DNA of 64,000 bases from Microcystaceae cyanobacterium (GCA_041746575.1 JBGTGT010000022.1:9991-73990), one strand, 5' to 3'. Shown: positions 31,780 to 42,383, numbered from the stretch's first letter. The notes: generated by a model from the sequence alone, not told the origin. Numbers and translations: made by a program.

Positions 31780-32244
31780 GTGAAAAAACAGACATTTTCA
31801 ATTAGAGCTTTTTTTCAGTCCAAAATGGTGCGATGGTGGATTGTTGGGTTATTTTTTACGGGGTTAAATTTGCCGCTTTTAGGGCTTTTTAAGGAAGTTT
31901 TTCGCTTTAATGAAACGGTTTCTCTAATCTTAGCTGGAGAAACGGGGACTTTACTTCGTTATTTTGCCAATGATTATTGGGTATTTGGCTATCCTCGTCC
32001 AAGTTTTAGGCGGGGTTGGGAATATCATATTGCTAATTTTAGTAGTTTTCTGGTGTGGATTGTTTGCAGTAAATACGTTTTTTTACCCCTTTTAGATGCT
32101 GTATGGGGTGAGAAAATCATCGGGGATGGTTTACAACTCAATTTGTATCTTTCAACCATTTTAGCGACGTGTGTCTCCGTCGGTTGGAGTATGATTACGA
32201 ATTTTCTTTGGATTTGGCGTTCTAAGGGGAAAAAGGAGAAATAA
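31780..32244 (+). CDS. GtrA family flippase-like membrane protein
   Basis: RWWIVGLFFTGLNL, RYFANDYWVF, NFLWIW; about four TM helices. Confidence 0.8.
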   Translation: MKKQTFSIRAFFQSKMVRWWIVGLFFTGLNLPLLGLFKEVFRFNETVSLILAGETGTLLRYFANDYWVFGYPRPSFRRGWEYHIANFSSFLVWIVCSKYVFLPLLDAVWGEKIIGDGLQLNLYLSTILATCVSVGWSMITNFLWIWRSKGKKEK

Positions 32245-33838
32245 AAATTGAAGGGGGTAATTTAAAGGGTTTTAAATCTTTCGCTAAACAATTGTAAGCT
32301 TTCTGATAGCCTTGAGAATCATTAGACGTAACATAAGGTAATTTTATGACCCTTTCTGATGGTAATAGAGATTGATATCGTTCATAATCCGATTGTTCTA
32401 GTTTGATAAATTTAACGGTTTTAGGCGGAGAAATAAGGGTGATAGTTGCGTCTCTATCATAATTTTTAACTTGATAATTTTTCAACTGTAAATAAAGAGT
32501 TGTAAATTGCCAAACCCATGCTTCATTGGTCATGTTATTCTCTTTTTTGAGGGCAAGAACGGTGACATTACCGGGAATTGTAGCAATAATGTTTGCTAAC
32601 GTCCGAGAAAATTGAATGGGTGGATGAAAACTCTTATTTTGTGCTTTTCTCACTTCATTATATCCTTGTATATAAGCACCTGAAACCCGATAGCCATCAT
32701 GAGTAGTAATTAATTTTGGAGATTGAGTAATTTGGAAATAAGGGAAACTAGGCATTATTTCAAATGAAAGAATTTGTAGTAGAAAAGCTAAAGTAATGAT
32801 CACGAAACATAAACTTTTAAATTGAAAAGAAGTTAGATATTTTTTTAGGTCTAAAATAATCTTAGCAAATAAAAACGGCAGCAAGATAATACCGGGTATT
32901 AAATATTTGGGGCTAGTTAAGGTAGGTAAAGGGAAAAAAATGGGTAAAATTATCAGAATAATGGCGAAATTTCGCCATCTTCTTTTAATTAAATTCAAAC
33001 CGACGAAGTAAACAGCGTAAATAATCAATATTAACCAAACCAAAACATTTGTAATTGAAAATAAGTTATTAAAGGATTCCTGCCATGTCCACTGCTCGAC
33101 GATTGTTTCATGAGATTGGAAAATTTCAAGGATTTTCGGTACGTTGAAAATATCAGTAAGGGTAAAAATCAAGAGTAAGGTTAAACTGACGATGGTATAA
33201 ATCCCATAATTTTCCCCTTTTTCTTTGAGAGATTCATCAAAAATCATAAAATACCAAAGCAATGGTAAAGCTAATAAAAAGTCCAACCTAAAAAAGAGAC
33301 TAAAGGTTGACATTAACCCAATCATAAAATAGCGGATATTCTGCCAGCCGTGAATAGCTTTAAAAGGACTTTTTTGCCAAAATAAAAAAATCAAACAAAT
33401 TGCCATAGGTAACATAGTAAAGACAGTAGAGTTGTAATATAATCCACAAAAAAATAATTCAGGAAAGAAAATTAAGAAAGAGAAACAAAGTATTAAATTC
33501 AATTGACGTTGAGCAAATAAATAAATTCCTAAAACCAGTAAACAAATATTGAGAGAACCGATAATCTGAGGAAAAATAAATAGCAGTTTAGGTTGTTGAA
33601 AAAACCGATAAAACCCAAGGTTCAATTCATAAGCTAAAGGTTGCCAAGAATAACGATAAACCATCGCTTTTCCTTTCCAAGAAAAATTTAAAATCCCTTC
33701 AATTTGGTCGACGTCATCCCCTTCCCAACCGAGGCGATCGCCGAACCATAAAAAAGCGGATAATAAAAGACAATAAAGTATAATCAGTTTAAAGAAGACT
33801 GAGTGAAACACATTTGATATATTTGTTTTATTAATCAT
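32222..33838 (-). CDS. Polytopic membrane protein, probable GT-C glycosyltransferase
   Basis: TM1 then WEGDD loop, about ten TM helices, FRLD and PKY motifs, soluble C-terminal tail; start ATG 33838. Confidence 0.6.
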   Translation of the reverse strand: MINKTNISNVFHSVFFKLIILYCLLLSAFLWFGDRLGWEGDDVDQIEGILNFSWKGKAMVYRYSWQPLAYELNLGFYRFFQQPKLLFIFPQIIGSLNICLLVLGIYLFAQRQLNLILCFSFLIFFPELFFCGLYYNSTVFTMLPMAICLIFLFWQKSPFKAIHGWQNIRYFMIGLMSTFSLFFRLDFLLALPLLWYFMIFDESLKEKGENYGIYTIVSLTLLLIFTLTDIFNVPKILEIFQSHETIVEQWTWQESFNNLFSITNVLVWLILIIYAVYFVGLNLIKRRWRNFAIILIILPIFFPLPTLTSPKYLIPGIILLPFLFAKIILDLKKYLTSFQFKSLCFVIITLAFLLQILSFEIMPSFPYFQITQSPKLITTHDGYRVSGAYIQGYNEVRKAQNKSFHPPIQFSRTLANIIATIPGNVTVLALKKENNMTNEAWVWQFTTLYLQLKNYQVKNYDRDATITLISPPKTVKFIKLEQSDYERYQSLLPSERVIKLPYVTSNDSQGYQKAYNCLAKDLKPFKLPPSIFISPFSP

Positions 33839-33845
33839 GAATGAT

Positions 33846-35222
33846 TCACTCCTTTTGTTCAAATGCTTTATAAATTTTTTTTGCAACTTTTTGCCCTTCT
33901 CGGATAGCGTAATTTGTCCCTCGATCTTCGGGATAAATTTGTGCCATTGTAGCAATATATAATCCCTTAAGTGGACTTTCTATAGAGGGAATCAATTGAC
34001 TATAGTTACGAGTCACAATCGGCTGAGAATATTGAGCGCGCCAACAATGATAATCTAAGATCCAATCAACGCTAAATTCAGGGAACATTCGTTGTAAATA
34101 GGGAATCGCATAATTTAGGATTGCCTTGTTAGACATTTGATAGAGTTCTGCCGTTTTAGGTAAATATTTAGATAAATAGATAATATGTCTGCCACCATAG
34201 GTTTCAGTCGGTTCAAAGTTAGTATGCTCAATAACACCAACAAAGGGAAAATGGGGATCATTGACATTTAACCAGTAGGTTTGAGATAAACTGCGATCTA
34301 ATTGTAATACTAAGCAAATATTAGCTAAGTAATGAATCTTTTGCAGTTTATGATAATACTCATCAATGACATGAGGTTTGACTAAATCTGCAATAATAGG
34401 TAAAGCAGGTGTGGCGATAATGGCATCCCCTTGCAATATACCGTCTTTTGTTTGAATTCCGATTACTTGGTTATTTTCAACTATTAAAGATTGAACGGGG
34501 GTATTTAAAATAATCTTTCCTTTTTGATAGATTATTTTTGTGGCAATTTTTTCTGCTAAAGCGGCAAATCCTCCTTGATAATAAGCTAACATCTCCTGAC
34601 CCTTCTGAGAACGACTACTCCCTCGTAGTTTTACCTTATTCCAAAACCACACGGCTGAAATTTCCTCAGCAAACTCACCAAATTTTCCCTCTAATAAAGG
34701 TTGCCAAACAATTTTATAAATTTGTTTACCACAATATTTTAAAAGCCATTTTTTAGCGGTTACGGCTTCTAATTTTTGCCAATTTTTAATTCTTCTAACC
34801 CATAAAGTAAATAGACCTAAACGAATACGATTAAAAAGATTTAAGGGTTTAAAATTCAACAAATCTAAAGGAGAACTTAATTTAAAAAAGTTATTTGCAT
34901 AATAAATTCCTGTTTGTGTCGGACGATAGATCACTTTATCTTCTATCTCTAATTCTTGAATTAGATTCATTACATATTGGTCATTTGTAAACCAGTGATG
35001 GTAAAACTTCTCTAGTTTTTTGCCATTGGATAAAGTAAAACTGCTAGCCAATCCACCGATTTCTTTTTCTTTCTCAATAAGAGTAACTTGAAAACCTTTT
35101 TTAGTTAAATCATAAGCGGCTGTTAATCCCGTAAATCCTGCACCAATAATAATAATATGGGGTTGATTTTCTCTTAATTGAAATTGATAAAGGTTATTTA
35201 ATTGACTGAAAGATTGAGACAT
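33846..35222 (-). CDS. FAD-dependent oxidoreductase (amine oxidase/HemY-like fold)
   Basis: IIGAGFTGL, GGLASSF, EKFYHHWF, IYPEDRGTNYAI. Confidence 0.85.
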   Translation of the reverse strand: MSQSFSQLNNLYQFQLRENQPHIIIIGAGFTGLTAAYDLTKKGFQVTLIEKEKEIGGLASSFTLSNGKKLEKFYHHWFTNDQYVMNLIQELEIEDKVIYRPTQTGIYYANNFFKLSSPLDLLNFKPLNLFNRIRLGLFTLWVRRIKNWQKLEAVTAKKWLLKYCGKQIYKIVWQPLLEGKFGEFAEEISAVWFWNKVKLRGSSRSQKGQEMLAYYQGGFAALAEKIATKIIYQKGKIILNTPVQSLIVENNQVIGIQTKDGILQGDAIIATPALPIIADLVKPHVIDEYYHKLQKIHYLANICLVLQLDRSLSQTYWLNVNDPHFPFVGVIEHTNFEPTETYGGRHIIYLSKYLPKTAELYQMSNKAILNYAIPYLQRMFPEFSVDWILDYHCWRAQYSQPIVTRNYSQLIPSIESPLKGLYIATMAQIYPEDRGTNYAIREGQKVAKKIYKAFEQKE

Positions 35223-35284
35223 CAGGCTTGTTTCAGGTAAATTCTTAAACTACGGTGATCAAATTCTTTTTAGGCAGAAAATAG

Positions 35285-36280
35285 TCAACTTAAACTTGAG
35301 TTTTTCTCTCTAATAAGGGGAGTATGGGGAGTAGAATCAGTATGAAGAGAAGAAGACTTAAATCCTAACTTTTCTCGAATTAAATATAAAGGACGACGTT
35401 TTTCTTCTCGATAAATGCGACCAATATATTCACCGATAACGCCTAAAAATACCAATTGTACCCCTCCCATAAATAATAAAGCAATAAAGAGTAAAGTCCA
35501 GCCGGGTTCCCAAAACGAGGTAAATAAGCGTAAAATTAACGCATATATAATTCCGATAATTGCCAATCCAATGGCACAAAAACCAAACCAGATGGCTAAT
35601 CTGAGGGGAATCAGAGAAAAGGAAAGGATTCCATCAATAGCAAAGCGAATCATCTTCAAAAGCGGATATTTACTGACACCTGCTAGCCGTTTATCCCGTT
35701 GATAGGGAATGGCAATTTGGCGAAATCCCACCCAACTCACCATCCCTCGTAAAAAGCGATCGCATTCTGGCATGGCGAGTAACGCCGTTACTACTTGACG
35801 ATCTATTAGACGAAAATCCCCCGTATCAAGGGGAATTGGCACATCTGAGAGGGTATTAATCAAACGATAAAAGATTTTCGCTGTCCAACGCTTAAAAGCA
35901 CTTTCTCCGATTCTCTCTGTTCGTACGCCATAGGCAACATCATACCCCTCTTGCCATTTGTTTAACATTTCTGGGATTACTTCGGGAGGATCTTGCAAGT
36001 CGGCATCGATTAAGACGACAGCATCCCCTAAACTATATTCAATTCCGGCAGTAGTTGCCATTTGATGACCAAAATTGCGGGATAATAAGAGAATTCTTAT
36101 TCTTTCGTCTTTTCCTTGCAATTGGCGCAATAAATCTGCTGTTTGATCTTGACTGCCGTCGTCGACGTAAATTAGTTCAAAATCAGGAGTGATTTTTTCT
36201 AAAACAGCGATTAAACGAATATGTGTCGTTTGAATCACGTCTTCTTCGTTATAACAAGGAACAATAACCGAAAGCAACAT
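35285..36280 (-). CDS. GT2 polyprenol-phosphate glycosyltransferase (GtrB-like)
   Basis: VPCYNEE, VDDGSQD, SRNFGHQ, IDADLQDPP, TGDFRL, two C-terminal TMs, GEYIGRIY. Confidence 0.93.
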   Translation of the reverse strand: MLLSVIVPCYNEEDVIQTTHIRLIAVLEKITPDFELIYVDDGSQDQTADLLRQLQGKDERIRILLLSRNFGHQMATTAGIEYSLGDAVVLIDADLQDPPEVIPEMLNKWQEGYDVAYGVRTERIGESAFKRWTAKIFYRLINTLSDVPIPLDTGDFRLIDRQVVTALLAMPECDRFLRGMVSWVGFRQIAIPYQRDKRLAGVSKYPLLKMIRFAIDGILSFSLIPLRLAIWFGFCAIGLAIIGIIYALILRLFTSFWEPGWTLLFIALLFMGGVQLVFLGVIGEYIGRIYREEKRRPLYLIREKLGFKSSSLHTDSTPHTPLIREKNSSLS

Positions 36281-36307
36281 ATAGTGTTTTTATTTTTCTT
36301 TTAGGCA

Positions 36308-36592
36308 TCAAAGATGATGACGCGGTTTTATCCATAATAGTTTAACGGCTAGGGTGGCAAAGGCAATAGCAGCGATCGCTTTTAACAAACGAGCCGGTAA
36401 CACTTGCGCCATTCCTCCTCCAATGATGACACCGAGAAAACTCGCTAAAATGAGGGCAGTAATTGACCCCAAAAAGACGGCACGGGGAGACTGAGAGCTT
36501 CCTCCCAAAGCAATAGCCGCCAGTTGACTTTTGTCGCCAATTTCTGCTAAAAATACCGTTATAAAGCTTAATCCAAAAAGGTGCCAATCCAT
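36308..36592 (-). CDS. Half-size UPF0016/TMEM165 Mn/Ca transporter (Hmx2-like)
   Basis: Single EIGDKSQ motif, three TMs; start ATG 36592. Confidence 0.88.
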   Translation of the reverse strand: MDWHLFGLSFITVFLAEIGDKSQLAAIALGGSSQSPRAVFLGSITALILASFLGVIIGGGMAQVLPARLLKAIAAIAFATLAVKLLWIKPRHHL

Positions 36593-36629
36593 TAATTTTG
36601 ATGAGTTGTTAATCGTTATTAATACTGTA

Positions 36630-36962
36630 TTAATACTGTAAAACATCTACCATCAACAAGGCAGTGATAAAAAGTAAGAGGAGAGCCACTGCCGTATTCA
36701 AAATATTCGGGGATAACCGTCTGGCAATCCAATAACCAATCATTACCCCCAAAAGACTGGTGGCGATTAAGGCAGTCGATGCACCCGCAAAGACAATCCA
36801 AGGAGATTGGGATTCTGCACTGATTAAAAGGGTGGTTAATTGGGTTTTATCCCCCATTTCAGCAAAAAATATCGTCAGGAAAGTAGAACTAAATACACTC
36901 CAAAAACGCCAATTCGGAGGGGTAATGGTATTGGGAGAATCTTCTGAGGGAGTAGCCGTCAT
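36630..36962 (-). CDS. Half-size UPF0016/TMEM165 Mn/Ca transporter (Hmx1-like)
   Basis: Single EMGDKTQ motif, three TMs; start ATG 36962. Confidence 0.88.
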   Translation of the reverse strand: MTATPSEDSPNTITPPNWRFWSVFSSTFLTIFFAEMGDKTQLTTLLISAESQSPWIVFAGASTALIATSLLGVMIGYWIARRLSPNILNTAVALLLLFITALLMVDVLQY

Positions 36963-37351
36963 GAAATTGTTAATAATGAAAAAATTATGAAACATTTGGA
37001 CTGTTTCTATTTAACCCTAGTTCGGTCTGACTGGCAAAAAAGTGGACGAGAGGAGTCGGTGAGATGAAGCGTTAACTAGGATTGCAGATATATACAATAA
37101 ATTACTTATAAAATACATTGTATTAGCTTTCTTTTTCAATTAGGTGATCACCAAGGTTGTCGTTTATAAAAGGCGAGGGATTCTAATCAACTGTCCTAAT
37201 TAATCTGCTTAATGTATTATACCTAGAATTTCGGATTTTGATCAGTTTAGAATTTTGGATTAAATTTTGGGGTGGAGTGACGCCAACTGATTGCTTTTGA
37301 GACAACTATAAAAATGAAAAAGATGGAAATAATTAGGATAGTCAGAGATAA

Positions 37352-37804
37352 TTATTGAAGATCTGATCCTTCTTGCGTTAGTAAGTTAATATCCCATTGT
37401 TGCTTTTGGGTATTCCAGACAACGCTATATCGAGATTGGCAACCAAAATCATATTGTGAAACAAAAAGATTGCCTTGAAGATCTTGGGTTTCAACTCTAA
37501 TAAATTGATACTTAAAGCAGGAAAAAGTAAGCACTTTACCTGAACTGATTTGAAAGGCAACCCAATTGTCTCCATCTCCGCTCAGTTGTATTTCAATACT
37601 TTTAGGAAATCCAGTTGAATCTTTTACATATTGTATGGTGCTTTCTGGAGGGCGAATCATTTGTGTGGTATCCCGAAACCACCCATTTAGATTTTCCAGA
37701 AAAGTCGACTGTCCAAAAACAGGTTTAATAACGTAATTTAGACTTATTTCAGCTATTAGAAAAAGAAAGAACATTTTTTTATGAAATTTTTTATTACTTA
37801 TCAT
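37352..37804 (-). CDS. Hypothetical secreted protein
   Basis: Signal-like N-terminus ending VFG-Q; beta-rich body with two Cys; AT-rich. Confidence 0.6.
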   Translation of the reverse strand: MISNKKFHKKMFFLFLIAEISLNYVIKPVFGQSTFLENLNGWFRDTTQMIRPPESTIQYVKDSTGFPKSIEIQLSGDGDNWVAFQISSGKVLTFSCFKYQFIRVETQDLQGNLFVSQYDFGCQSRYSVVWNTQKQQWDINLLTQEGSDLQ

Positions 37805-38207
37805 TTTTATTCTCCTTTTCTTGAACGCTTACTTTTGAATCTTTGCCCAAAAGATAACCAACAATTGCCCCGTATAAGCCAAAAGCAGGAGCAACTTGCT
37901 CAGTGGTTAATCCCGCAGTGATAATAAATAATCCAGCAATCACAATTAATGTTGTCACTATCACCAATAAAACATTATCAGCCGTTCCTTTAAAACTTCT
38001 CAACAAAAAGACTTCACAGATAATTACCAATAAGCCAAATCCTAATACAGCTAACGAAAGCACATATTCTCTATCAGACAACAATACGGTCTGTCCTTGA
38101 GCTTGAGGAGGAGCATTTTGTCCAAAGACAATTGAATTTAATGAAGCACAAAGAACAAGAGAAAGAAAAAAAGTTACAATTAAGCTACGTTTGAAAGGTT
38201 TAACCAT
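37794..38207 (-). CDS. Hypothetical membrane protein
   Basis: Signal-like segment plus three TMs ending GAIVGYLLG; overlaps next gene by 11 bp. Confidence 0.65.
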   Translation of the reverse strand: MVKPFKRSLIVTFFLSLVLCASLNSIVFGQNAPPQAQGQTVLLSDREYVLSLAVLGFGLLVIICEVFLLRSFKGTADNVLLVIVTTLIVIAGLFIITAGLTTEQVAPAFGLYGAIVGYLLGKDSKVSVQEKENKNDK

Positions 38208-38379
38208 TTTTTAGATATCCTAACAATTCATGGTAGCTACCAAAAATAAGGACTAAATTGACGTATTTACTTTATTTTAATTCTAAAAATATTTTTAAGA
38301 CTAAATAATTTAACAAAATTAATGTTAACATTTAAAACGAGAAAATAGGCAAAACTAAGGGATACCCTACGGATTTCAA

Positions 38380-38413
38380 GTGGGCAATTAGTCGCTTTTC
38401 TTACCCACCCTAC
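38380..38413 (-). repeat. GTAG-type REP-like palindrome after ispG
   Basis: Minus strand gtagggtgggtaag...ttgcccac. Confidence 0.65.
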
Positions 38414-38429
38414 AATTAATTTTCAAAGA

Positions 38430-39644
38430 TTAAGGCTCAACCCAACGGCCATCTGCTTTAATTAAGTCAATTAAGGACTTAACGCCTTGTTCTTCGGGAA
38501 CTTTCTTAATTTCATCCCGCCCGCGATAAAGAGAAATATAACCCGGTTGCTTACCAACGTAACCATAATCTGCATCGGCCATTTCGCCGGGTCCATTGAC
38601 AATACATCCCATCACTGCTATATCTAAACCGGTAAGATGTTTGGTCGCCTCTCGCACTTTATGCAGGACTTCTTCGAGATTGAATAAGGTACGACCACAA
38701 GACGGACAAGCGACGTATTCTACCATCGTTTTTCGCAGTCCCAACGCCTGTAGAATGCTATAACAGACTGGAATTTCCTTTTCCGGAGCTTCAGTTAAAG
38801 AAACGCGAATCGTGTCGCCGATACCTTCTGCCAGTAACGTACCAATTCCAGCTGTTGACTTAATTCGCCCATATTCACCATCTCCTGCTTCAGTTACCCC
38901 TAAATGGAGAGAATAATCCATACCTGATTCATCCATGCGCTGTGCCATGAGACGATAAGCCGCTAACATCACAGGAACGCGGGACGCTTTAAGGGAAATA
39001 ATAAGGTTATAGAAGTTGAGCGATTCACAAATACGAATAAACTCTAAGGCTGATTCCACCATCCCTTCTGGGGTGTCACCGTAAGTAAACAGCATTCTTT
39101 CGGATAAAGAGCCGTGATTAACCCCAATACGCATGGCTTTGCCTTGATCTCTTAAGGAAATTACTAAAGGTTCAAGGGTTTCTCTGATTTTTTCACCAAT
39201 TTCTGCAAATTCACTTTGAGTATACTCAGTACGGGTGGCACTGGGTTTTTCAAAAACGTAGAGGCCGGGGTTAATTCTGACTTTATCAACGTGTTTAGCA
39301 ACTTCTAAGGCGATTTTCATGCCATTATGATGGACATCTGCCACCAAAGGCACAAATTTATAGGTTTTTGCTAGTTTTTCTTTGATTTCTGCTAATGCTT
39401 TAGCGTGTGCCATACTAGGGACAGTGACTCGGACAATTTCGCATCCGATTTCGTGAAGACGGCGAATAGCGGCGACAGATCCATCAATATCGAGGGTATC
39501 CTCGTTAATCATCGATTGGACGACCACAGGATACCCCCCACCAATCGTGACATCACCAACCTTAACAGGACGCGTCTGACGACGGTGAATCGTGGTATCA
39601 AATTCAGGACGAGAGGAAGATTTAGGCGTTTCTAGGGTTTGCAT
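38430..39644 (-). CDS. ispG: HMBPP synthase
   Basis: [43 protein letters not shown]. Confidence 0.97.
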   Translation of the reverse strand: MQTLETPKSSSRPEFDTTIHRRQTRPVKVGDVTIGGGYPVVVQSMINEDTLDIDGSVAAIRRLHEIGCEIVRVTVPSMAHAKALAEIKEKLAKTYKFVPLVADVHHNGMKIALEVAKHVDKVRINPGLYVFEKPSATRTEYTQSEFAEIGEKIRETLEPLVISLRDQGKAMRIGVNHGSLSERMLFTYGDTPEGMVESALEFIRICESLNFYNLIISLKASRVPVMLAAYRLMAQRMDESGMDYSLHLGVTEAGDGEYGRIKSTAGIGTLLAEGIGDTIRVSLTEAPEKEIPVCYSILQALGLRKTMVEYVACPSCGRTLFNLEEVLHKVREATKHLTGLDIAVMGCIVNGPGEMADADYGYVGKQPGYISLYRGRDEIKKVPEEQGVKSLIDLIKADGRWVEP

Positions 39645-39906
39645 AACGTTTTTTCAATCGGTAGCGAATCTAACCACTCTCTATTGTAAGGTTTGATGGG
39701 CAATGAATAGCGAATAATTAGGATTTGTTATTTTCAAGCTCGTTTTTTTGATCAAAGACAACAATTACAGTTGTTTGAAGATTGATTATAATTTTTAGTT
39801 AAATGTCGTAGATTCTACGGAAATAGTTTTTACTTTTCTTGATAAATCTATTGTATTTTATGTGATATCTTGAGGAGTATAAGACATTATCTAGAAGGTC
39901 AAAGTC

Positions 39907-40866
39907 ATGTGGTGGCGTAATTCTCGATTAAATCGCCTTGAAGCAACGTTAGAACGTCTAGTAGAGATTAGTGAAGTCATAACGCTTCACAATGAAAAGA
40001 AACAAGATAGAGTGGAATTCCGTTTAAATCGGATTGAAGCAATATTAGAACGTCTAGCAGAAATGAGTGAAATAACGACGCTTCATAGTGAAAAAGAACA
40101 AGATAGGGTAGAATTTCGTTTAAACCACCTTGAAGAAACATTAATAAAGTTAGTAGAAATTAGCCAGATTGCTTGTTGTCACTTTGAGCAATTTATCCAA
40201 ATATCTGAAAAAGTAATCATCGGAAACGATATCCAAAAACAAAATTTATCAAAGATATTAGAATATCATCAACAACTTGAGAGACAATTTTTAGAGATAG
40301 AACAATACGGACAAAAAATTAAAACGCTAAAAATCGAGAAACAGCAAGCGATCAAGGAATTAACTTATATTGCTGAAAAACTGGAGACAACTGAAACAGA
40401 AAAGAAAACGATAATTGCTCGCTTAGAAGCAGAATATAGTCAAGAAATAGAACGAATTAATGATGAAAATCAAAGTCTAATAATTAAATTAAAAGATAAC
40501 TACGCTATAAATATAAGAAGTTACGATAAAACAATAGGAGAACTAAACATACAAGCACAACAATATAATCAACAAATACAAGAATATAAGAGTAGCATTC
40601 AAAGATTGACCTTTGAGAAACAGAAAAATTTTGCAGAATATCGCAAAGTCAAAAAAAAACTAGAAGAAATTGATACAAATGCAAAAGTAGCGATCGCTCA
40701 AGTTAAATCCGCAAAAGAAAGCTTTCATCAAAAGTTTTCTAAAATGTTGTATTTTGCTGGAACTATCTGTATTTTAGATAATAATGACATCGAGGAAATG
40801 ATGGAAATTGACAACTCTTCACCGAGTTCTACTGATCCTCATGACCTCAATCAAAGCGATTATTAA
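39907..40866 (+). CDS. Coiled-coil protein with N-terminal 32-aa repeats
   Basis: Repeat units at 39925, 40021 and 40117 (96-bp period); long heptad region. Confidence 0.7.
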   Translation: MWWRNSRLNRLEATLERLVEISEVITLHNEKKQDRVEFRLNRIEAILERLAEMSEITTLHSEKEQDRVEFRLNHLEETLIKLVEISQIACCHFEQFIQISEKVIIGNDIQKQNLSKILEYHQQLERQFLEIEQYGQKIKTLKIEKQQAIKELTYIAEKLETTETEKKTIIARLEAEYSQEIERINDENQSLIIKLKDNYAINIRSYDKTIGELNIQAQQYNQQIQEYKSSIQRLTFEKQKNFAEYRKVKKKLEEIDTNAKVAIAQVKSAKESFHQKFSKMLYFAGTICILDNNDIEEMMEIDNSSPSSTDPHDLNQSDY

Positions 40867-41342
40867 TGACCATAAATCTTAAGATAAGAGGAATCAAAAA
40901 CATGAAATCTCGTTTAGAAAATATCATCAAAGATTTAGATAAATGTATAGAGGAAGACGTTAAAATATCATCGCAGATTTTTGGACTTGCCACCGCTTCT
41001 ATTCAGAAAAATAAAGAACTTTTAGAACAATTACAGAAAAAAATGGAAACTCATCTTCAAAATTCATCTCATTTAATTTCTGTAGAAAGCTATCCTCTCA
41101 CTCAAGAATTTTTACAAAAACAGTATAAAAATTATAACGAAGCCTATAAATTTTATCACGAAAGCTATCAAATAACTTGTAGCAGAGGATGGGAAAATTT
41201 AGTAAAAGCAATTAATAAATTGTCTTCACCCAAAAAAAGTATTAGTTTAGAGGATAAAGTAAACACCCTTGAAAATAAAGTCACACACCTAGAAGAAACG
41301 ATTAATATTTTAGTAGAGATTATTAAAAATTTGGATGGATAG
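40866..41342 (+). CDS. Hypothetical coiled-coil protein coupled to the upstream gene
   Basis: TAATG stop/start overlap; C-terminal LEDKVNTLENKVTHLE zipper. Confidence 0.65.
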   Translation: MTINLKIRGIKNMKSRLENIIKDLDKCIEEDVKISSQIFGLATASIQKNKELLEQLQKKMETHLQNSSHLISVESYPLTQEFLQKQYKNYNEAYKFYHESYQITCSRGWENLVKAINKLSSPKKSISLEDKVNTLENKVTHLEETINILVEIIKNLDG

Positions 41343-41389
41343 CTGATTATTGCAAGCATTGCACCTCTACAAATTCCCGATTACTATCA

Positions 41390-41953
41390 TTACAATACTC
41401 CATTTCCACCTTGATAAAAATGTAATCTTCCGACACCTAAATACAATCCTAACGGATTTTCTCCACTGGGATAAACCGTGACACCAAATAAATAAACGCC
41501 CGCATAATCAGGGTTACGAATGGGTTTTAAGCCAATGGTAAAAACCGTACCGCTAGGAACAGGAGAATCGAGTTGAATGGTAATCGCTTGGGTATCGGGA
41601 TCTTGGGTAACAGATTGAATCGGAATCCCATCTCTTTTATCTCGATATGTTCCTTTAAAGGCGACGGTTCTATTTAAATAAAAACGAATGGTCTCGCTTC
41701 CTCTTCGCTGTTGAATCGTGACAAAACTTAAGGTATTTCCTGCATTTTCAAGAATTTCAACGGTGAAATAATAGGTCGACTGCCAAACCCTCACCGCATT
41801 ATATGTGGTTACTGCATTTATTAAACGAGGGGATTTAGAAAAGTACCCTCTAGAAACCATTGGCGTAGATTGGGAAAGAATTGGTTGTAACGGAAAAATG
41901 GCTACATTTCCCAATAAAAGTACGAGTAATAAGGTTAGTTTTTTCATGATCAA
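41390..41953 (-). CDS. DUF2808 family protein
   Basis: Signal peptide; FSKSPRL, TYYFTV, RNP..AGVYLFGVTVYP.G...LG.GRL. Confidence 0.8.
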   Translation of the reverse strand: MIMKKLTLLLVLLLGNVAIFPLQPILSQSTPMVSRGYFSKSPRLINAVTTYNAVRVWQSTYYFTVEILENAGNTLSFVTIQQRRGSETIRFYLNRTVAFKGTYRDKRDGIPIQSVTQDPDTQAITIQLDSPVPSGTVFTIGLKPIRNPDYAGVYLFGVTVYPSGENPLGLYLGVGRLHFYQGGNGVL

Positions 41954-41978
41954 GATAAATATATAATATCAAATTAAA

Positions 41979-42383
41979 TTAAGGGTTGCCGACAAGACCA
42001 AATAACTTTGCTAATCCACCGATAATGGCAAGAATTAAACCTAACACTACTCCTCGATTAATAAATTCTTGATAATCAAGACGTTTCGATATTCCGTCAA
42101 CTTTTTCTGCTAAGGACCTTATTTCTCCGGATAATCTTTCTTCCAATCGAGCTTGTCCCACTTCTAAATTAGTCAGACGTTCATCAATTTTATCCACTTT
42201 TTGATCGAATTTTTCTTCAAGCTGATCAAATTTTTGGTCAAATTTCCCCTCAAGCTGATCAAATTTTTGGTCAAATTTTTCCTCAATTCGCTCTAAATTC
42301 TGATTAACTTCTTTAATGCTTTGTTTAATTTCTCTTAAAATTTCTTCAAGAGAATAAGTGACACTAATCGGAGACTGGCTCAT
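41979..42383 (-). CDS. Small coiled-coil protein with C-terminal TM and 11-aa repeats (DUF4164/DUF1640-like)
   Basis: KFDQKFDQLE repeats (33-bp period); QEFINRGVVLGLILAIIGG. Confidence 0.7.
   Translation of the reverse strand: MSQSPISVTYSLEEILREIKQSIKEVNQNLERIEEKFDQKFDQLEGKFDQKFDQLEEKFDQKVDKIDERLTNLEVGQARLEERLSGEIRSLAEKVDGISKRLDYQEFINRGVVLGLILAIIGGLAKLFGLVGNP

Noticed and set aside
36618..36639. 11-bp tandem duplication attaatactgt at a stop codon
   Set aside because: Likely local slippage; no element associated
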